DNA of 59,767 nt, counting the filler. It is 4 parts of 4 records of this genome, joined end to end, with 100 filler letters (N's around TTAATTAATTAA, not from the genome) between each part and the next. Parts side by side here need not be neighbours in the genome. Positions count along the whole stretch, not along the records: positions 43,637 to 59,767 come from DRR723986_12520; 3 more parts are not named here. One strand, written 5' to 3'. The notes beneath the pieces are model-generated. The model ran no database searches and was not told the origin of the DNA. It worked only from the letters and a program-made list of their open reading frames with translations. Each line of letters starts with the position of its first letter. The first letter of the stretch is position 1. This document shows positions 58,926-59,767 of the stretch, piece after piece. The position numbers and the translations under genes were made by a program.

Positions 58926-59642
58926 TTACCCGGCCAATGCCAGCACGTCTTCGCCCTGCCAGACCGCCCAGGCAACCGGATTCATCACCTCCGGCGACAG
59001 GAAGGTTCGGGCGTTGAAGGTGGGGATGTGGCGGTGCGCCTCGCTGCGGTAGGTCAGCGGCCAATGGGGCCCCACTTCGGAGGTCTTCTGCTGTCCGGCC
59101 CAGAGGCCGCTGTAGGTGGCGACGCGGTAGGCGCGGGCATCGTGGGCCACCAGGTCTGCCTCCGTCTGGGACCGAAGCAGCGCCTGCGCCTCGGCGTCGA
59201 TCTGGGCCAGCAGCCCGTCGAGCGCGCAGTCCGAGCGCTGCACCAGCCGCTCCACCGCATGCCAGCAGAATGTGACGCGGCTCATGGCGAAGTCGCCGCG
59301 TCCCTTGTGCCGCCGCATCGTGACGCGGGTATAGACCAACAGCGGCTCGCAGAAGGTCTCGCCCGCCTCGCCCACCAGCGTCACCATCCGGCGGGTGCGC
59401 AGCACACAGGCCAGCCCATCCTTCCAGCCGCCCACATGCACCACGCCTGGCAGCCGCAGCGCCCGCGCGGCAATTCGCTGGCGGTTTGTGCGGTTGGCGG
59501 TGAGGGGGGAGAGGGCCTCGATCAGGGGACACATGGCCCCGTCGTCCTCTCCCGCCGCCTCGAAGGCCTGGCGGGCAATGCCACGGGCCAGCGACTGGCG
59601 GATGTGATGCGGAGCGGCGCGATGCAGGCTGGCGACGGACAT
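58926..59642 (-). CDS. Hypothetical protein leading the mcrBC operon
   Basis: AAGGAG RBS; ends 9 nt before mcrB; HAVERLVQR motif. Confidence 0.7.
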   Translation of the reverse strand: MSVASLHRAAPHHIRQSLARGIARQAFEAAGEDDGAMCPLIEALSPLTANRTNRQRIAARALRLPGVVHVGGWKDGLACVLRTRRMVTLVGEAGETFCEPLLVYTRVTMRRHKGRGDFAMSRVTFCWHAVERLVQRSDCALDGLLAQIDAEAQALLRSQTEADLVAHDARAYRVATYSGLWAGQQKTSEVGPHWPLTYRSEAHRHIPTFNARTFLSPEVMNPVAWAVWQGEDVLALAG

Positions 59643-59672
59643 GGCAGAATCTCCTTCAGGGGTACGAAGAAA

Positions 59673-59703
59673 AGGTTAATCCGCAAGGGTGTCAAAACCT
59701 GTC
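59673..59703 (-). promoter_or_regulatory. Candidate WYL-regulator site and promoter (copy 2)
   Basis: Minus strand GACAGGTTTTGAC-ACCC-TTGC-GGAT-TAACCT. Confidence 0.55.
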
Positions 59704-59767
59704 CCCGTTGCGCATGGCCGTGAAATTCCCCACGGGCCCAAGGGCTTCGGGGCCTGGTCACGGCGGG

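Noticed and set aside
1-59767. rRNA, tRNA, transposase or integrase genes
   Set aside because: None recognised; intergenic gaps are short and lack the expected signatures.

Overview
This window is not one continuous locus. It is four separate contigs joined by artificial 100-nt spacers (44 N + TTAATTAATTAA + 44 N), so synteny holds only within each block. Block 1 (1-12576, Rhodobacteraceae-like) carries a DUF1513 gene, a probable metal-uptake operon (a 24-codon COG0523/ZigA remnant, DUF1826, DUF6525, a peptide/nickel-type ABC system and a DMT transporter) divergent from an Rrf2 regulator with two candidate operators, and an amino-sugar cluster (nagA, SIS deaminase, GntR/NagQ, murQ). Block 2 (12677-37164, AT-rich, Flavobacteriaceae-like) is mostly housekeeping (grpE-dnaJ, ABC, MscS, NtrC-type regulator, ppk2, lysA, sucC, cysH, uvrB), with several disrupted genes and a candidate sRNA. 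Block 3 (37265-43536) is the Rhodobacteraceae ftsZ-lpxC-bamD-recN region plus a molybdo-hydroxylase subunit. Block 4 (43637-59767, high GC) is a defence island and the most interesting part. It holds a coupled operon of a coiled-coil protein, a membrane-anchored coiled-coil NxD-type McrB-like GTPase, a DUF2357 McrC-like protein with an apparently dead nuclease and a degenerate Hsp70-like protein (CoCoNuT-like). It also holds a TM0106 nuclease-helicase, a WYL regulator and a canonical McrBC with a low-GC inserted reader domain. Two promoters in the island share a motif that looks like a WYL-activator site. Family calls come from motif recognition only; no searches were run.
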